From assembly GCA_020635725.1 (NCBI GenBank), contig JACJZF010000003.1, positions 464 through 64,463 of the forward strand: a stretch of DNA of 64,000 bases, written 5' to 3'. The position numbers and the translations under genes are program-made. The notes beneath the pieces are model-generated. The model was given only the letters and a program-made list of their open reading frames with translations, was not told the origin of the DNA and did not search any database. Shown here in pieces: positions 61,287 through 64,000 of the stretch. Numbering within the stretch: position 1 is the first letter of the stretch; every line of letters begins with the position of its first letter. The stretch is from Flavobacteriales bacterium (GTDB lineage Bacteria; Bacteroidota; Bacteroidia; Flavobacteriales_F; PHOS-HE28).

Positions 61287-61463
61287 TTACTCGGCCTCGG
61301 TGCCGGTGGCGCTATCTGGGCGCGTGGCAGTCCCTTTGGACTTGGAGATCTTCTTGACGATGCCAGCCTTCTTGCCGGCCATGCCGACCGGGTCGTAGCG
61401 GTGCTTGGCTTTCGCGCGGCGTGGTCCGGAAGACGCACGAGCCGTTGGTTTGCGTATGGACAT
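61287..61463 (-). CDS. Hypothetical small basic protein (58 aa)
   Basis: ATG 61463 'MSIRKPTARASSGPRRAKAKHRYDPVGMAGKKAGIVKKISKSKGTATRPDSATGTEAE'. Its stop lies 2 nt from the tspO start. The rest of the 202-aa track ORF is GC-rich and non-protein-like. Confidence 0.4.
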   Translation of the reverse strand: MSIRKPTARASSGPRRAKAKHRYDPVGMAGKKAGIVKKISKSKGTATRPDSATGTEAE

Positions 61464-61919
61464 GTTGGATGGTTTCGGGATCCATTGCGAATCGCGGGCC
61501 AGGCCGATGTGAAGCACCAACGGGCGTGGCTTGGGGCATCTCGGGGAGGATCTTGCTGAGGTGAGGGCGGCTTCGGGACGATGTCGGGTGGAGATTCGGC
61601 TTATGACGCCTCGAATCGAACACTGCGCGATGCTTGCTTGTTCAGCGGTGTGAATTCCTCCTATGCCACCGAGATGAGCCGGATCGATTGGCTGATGAAA
61701 GAGGTGCTCATTCCCTTTGTGCTGGCCTTGGGGATCTATGGTCTGTTGCAGTACGGCCTCATCGGCAGCGGCGGACCGCCCATGCTCGCGGTGCATTGAG
61801 GCTATAAGCCAAGGCCCATTTGCCGCGGCGCTACCGCAGCCGGGGAGGGCGATTTGAGCACGGTGAAGGCAACGCGCCCACGCGGCGCTCGTCATCGGAC
61901 CGAAAGACTACCTTTCCAC

Positions 61920-64000
61920 GTGTTTCGGACCTGGTCATTGATTCTGGCGCTTCTCGCGACTTCTGCGCCGATGGGCTTGCGGGCGCAGGTCTTCCCCTTC
62001 ACGAGCGGCCCTATTCCACTGTGCGATACCAGCACCTTCACGGCTACGGTGAGCGGTGTAGGCACGCTCATCACCCCTGACGGTTGGTCATGGGGCTCCT
62101 TCCTGGAGAATGTGGTCATCAACATCACGACGAATCACCCGCAGACGCTCTCCATCTCGCTTACCTCCCCCGGAGGAACCACCCTGCTGCTCTCGGCCTT
62201 CAATGGTGCGGGCGGCCAGAACTACACGAACACCAATTTCAACTACTGGGGCGGGGGCGACATCACAGCGGCCTCGGCGCCATTCAGCGGCAACTTCACT
62301 CCTCAGGGAGGATTCCTCGGTGTGTTCGATTGGGAGAACGCCGATGGCACATGGACCATCACGGTCATCGACACGGCGTGCGTTGCTGGAGCGCCCGGCC
62401 CCGGCGGACCCTGGCAGCCGGGTTGGTTCAACGGTGGAGCAGGGTCCGGTGCTTTCTCCTTCGGGTTCGCCAGTCCTCCGCCTCCATGCGATGTGGACAT
62501 GGGCTACTTCTCCACGGCTATTTGCGCGGGCGAGACCGTGGATGTCCTGGAGTATTTCGAGACGAATTACGGAGGTTGGGGATTGACCTTCACGGTGTAC
62601 AGCTGGCAGCAGGTGGTGGATCCGCACGCGGTGGGTGTTGCAGGTTCCTATTACATCGAAGCGGTGGACTGGACCGGCTGCTATTACTACGGAGGCTACG
62701 ACATCACGCTGAGCGCCGATGTGGCCTTGGGTCCGGATCAACAGGTGATGCAGTGCAGCGGCGATGGCCCGGTTGACCTCACGGCATTATTCAGCCCGTC
62801 CGGATTGAGTTTCATGAACTGGGATTGGAACGGTGCGCCCATCACGCTGCAGGCGGCCGCTGCGGTTTCACAGAGCGGCACCTACCAGCTTGTGGCATCG
62901 AACCAAGGGTGCAGCGATACGGCACTGGTGGAGGTGACGATTCATCAGGGCCCAGCGCTCGGTGCCGATCAAAGCGTGAGCGCTTGCGAAGGGAGCAGCA
63001 TCGATCTGACCACCGTGATCCCGCCAGGCCCAGGAGCAAGCGCCTGGACCTTGAATGGATCGCCCGTGGCCGATCCGACCGCCGTGACGATCGCCGGCGA
63101 CTATGCGCTCTCCACCACGGATTCGGAAGGATGTTCAGATACCGCTATGGTCCTCTTCTCCATCGACCCGATTCCCGTGCTTGGCGCCGATCAGTCGCAC
63201 ATGATGTGCGCGAATGCATCCTTCGACCTCACTGGCCTGTACGATGTTGCAGGATGGATTGCGGAATGGCAGCTGGATGGGCTGCCCGTGCCCATGCCGG
63301 GATCGGTTCACGATGCAGGTGTCTACACGCTGGTCGCGCAAGGTCCTTCGGGTTGTTCGGATACCGCATTGGTCTCCTTGAGCGCATGGTCAGGCCCCGC
63401 GCTCGGCCCCGACGTCAACGCCGAGATCTGCACAGGGAGCACGGCCGATCTTGGAAACTATTACGGAACGGTGGGGCTCAGCGCGCAATGGACCACTGGC
63501 GGATCGATCGTCGCTGACCCCTCGGCGGTAAGCTCGCCGGGGACGTATGCCTTGGTGGCGACCGATACGAACGGTTGCGCGGATACGGCGAACGTCCTGC
63601 TCGCCGTGAACGCGGGCCCCGCGCTTGGGCCTGATCACCAGGTGAGCGCGTGTGACGGAACGCACGTGGACCTCACGACACTCTACGCGGTGGGTGCGGA
63701 TGAGGCGATCTGGAGGGTGAACGGGATTCCGGTGATGGACGCGAGCGCGGTTTCCGAAGGTGGTATGTATGTGCTCTCCGTGGTCAACGCGGCGGGATGC
63801 AGCGATTCGGCCACGGTCGAGTTGACCATGATGGCAGCGCCGGAGCTCGGTTCTGATGCCGAGGCGATGATCTGCGAGGGCGCGAGCTACGACCTGACAT
63901 CGGTGTATTCAACGGCGGGGCTTGGTTCGCAGTGGTTCTTCGACAACGCTCCTTTCAACGACCTCTCCAACGCAGCCGAAGAAGGCGCGTACGAGCTTGT
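61920..64000 (+). CDS. Large secreted proprotein-convertase P-domain protein with tandem ~75-aa Cys-containing repeats (partial; runs off right edge)
   Basis: Manual translation. GTG 61920 gives the signal peptide 'MFRTWSLILALLATSAPMGLRAQ'. A P-domain-like region follows at ~62080-62480 ('FLENVVINITTNHPQTLSISLTSPGGTTLLL...GTWTITVIDTA'). After it come at least 8 repeats of the form 'GPALGxDQxVSACxGxxxDLTxxY...GCSDTAxV'. No stop within the window, so it is absent from the ORF track. Confidence 0.7.
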   Translation, partial: MFRTWSLILALLATSAPMGLRAQVFPFTSGPIPLCDTSTFTATVSGVGTLITPDGWSWGSFLENVVINITTNHPQTLSISLTSPGGTTLLLSAFNGAGGQNYTNTNFNYWGGGDITAASAPFSGNFTPQGGFLGVFDWENADGTWTITVIDTACVAGAPGPGGPWQPGWFNGGAGSGAFSFGFASPPPPCDVDMGYFSTAICAGETVDVLEYFETNYGGWGLTFTVYSWQQVVDPHAVGVAGSYYIEAVDWTGCYYYGGYDITLSADVALGPDQQVMQCSGDGPVDLTALFSPSGLSFMNWDWNGAPITLQAAAAVSQSGTYQLVASNQGCSDTALVEVTIHQGPALGADQSVSACEGSSIDLTTVIPPGPGASAWTLNGSPVADPTAVTIAGDYALSTTDSEGCSDTAMVLFSIDPIPVLGADQSHMMCANASFDLTGLYDVAGWIAEWQLDGLPVPMPGSVHDAGVYTLVAQGPSGCSDTALVSLSAWSGPALGPDVNAEICTGSTADLGNYYGTVGLSAQWTTGGSIVADPSAVSSPGTYALVATDTNGCADTANVLLAVNAGPALGPDHQVSACDGTHVDLTTLYAVGADEAIWRVNGIPVMDASAVSEGGMYVLSVVNAAGCSDSATVELTMMAAPELGSDAEAMICEGASYDLTSVYSTAGLGSQWFFDNAPFNDLSNAAEEGAYEL

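Noticed and set aside
62084-62776. Track ORFs 62084..62776(+) and 62088..62741(-) inside the terminal region
   Set aside because: Both are out of frame with the manually translated large secreted P-domain protein, which has a signal peptide and coherent domain repeats.

Overview
High-GC (~65%) chromosomal segment from a Bacteroidota-type genome. Evidence for the phylum: several T9SS C-terminal-sorting-domain cargo proteins, DUF4270/DUF4271 neighbours of glgA and hemD, and canonical Bacteroidetes sigma-A promoters (-33 TTG / -7 TAnnTTTG) upstream of two genes. The window is mostly tightly packed housekeeping operons, many with ATGA/4-bp overlaps. On the minus strand: a molybdenum-cofactor operon (moeB, TauE-like permease, moeA, mobA, moaD, moaE, moaC-mogA fusion running off the left edge), a large FG-GAP/ASPIC T9SS protein, DAHP synthase-chorismate mutase, a hypothetical-M28 peptidase-rsmI-quinone oxidoreductase chain, an S41 peptidase-yidD-rnpA-hemD-DUF4271 cluster, radA, a heptose-1-P adenylyltransferase-like gene, panD, panC, sodA, ctpA, dCMP deaminase, tRNA-Leu(CAA), glyS and tspO. 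On the plus strand: tdk, a MurF-alanine racemase fusion, an S8 peptidase with T9SS CTD, GT2 and GT9 LPS-core glycosyltransferases (convergent with a minus-strand O-antigen ligase), glutaryl-CoA dehydrogenase, a glgA-like gene, DUF4270, glmS, eukaryote-like class Ia nrdB and nrdA, and a very large proprotein-convertase P-domain repeat protein running off the right edge. The accessory content is concentrated in two places. (i) A tRNA-Leu-adjacent islet carrying a GIY-YIG gene and an AbiEii-family nucleotidyltransferase pair. (ii) A 9.2-kb segment (45804..55048) bracketed by two inverted copies of a ~106-bp element. It holds nrdAB, a low-GC (~48%) islet of small membrane/lipoprotein genes, two near-identical 74-bp palindromic direct repeats flanking a single-ORF cassette, an IS110-family transposase with a ~320-bp upstream non-coding arm (candidate bridge RNA) and a nested palindrome downstream, and a 460-bp ORF-free region. 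REP-like GCGCAGAGAACGC palindromes and a recurring GTTGGGAGTTGG motif are also present. Most ORFs in the supplied track that lie antisense to these genes are GC3-driven artefacts. Coordinates were cross-checked against the printed sequence; functional names are from by-eye motif recognition only.
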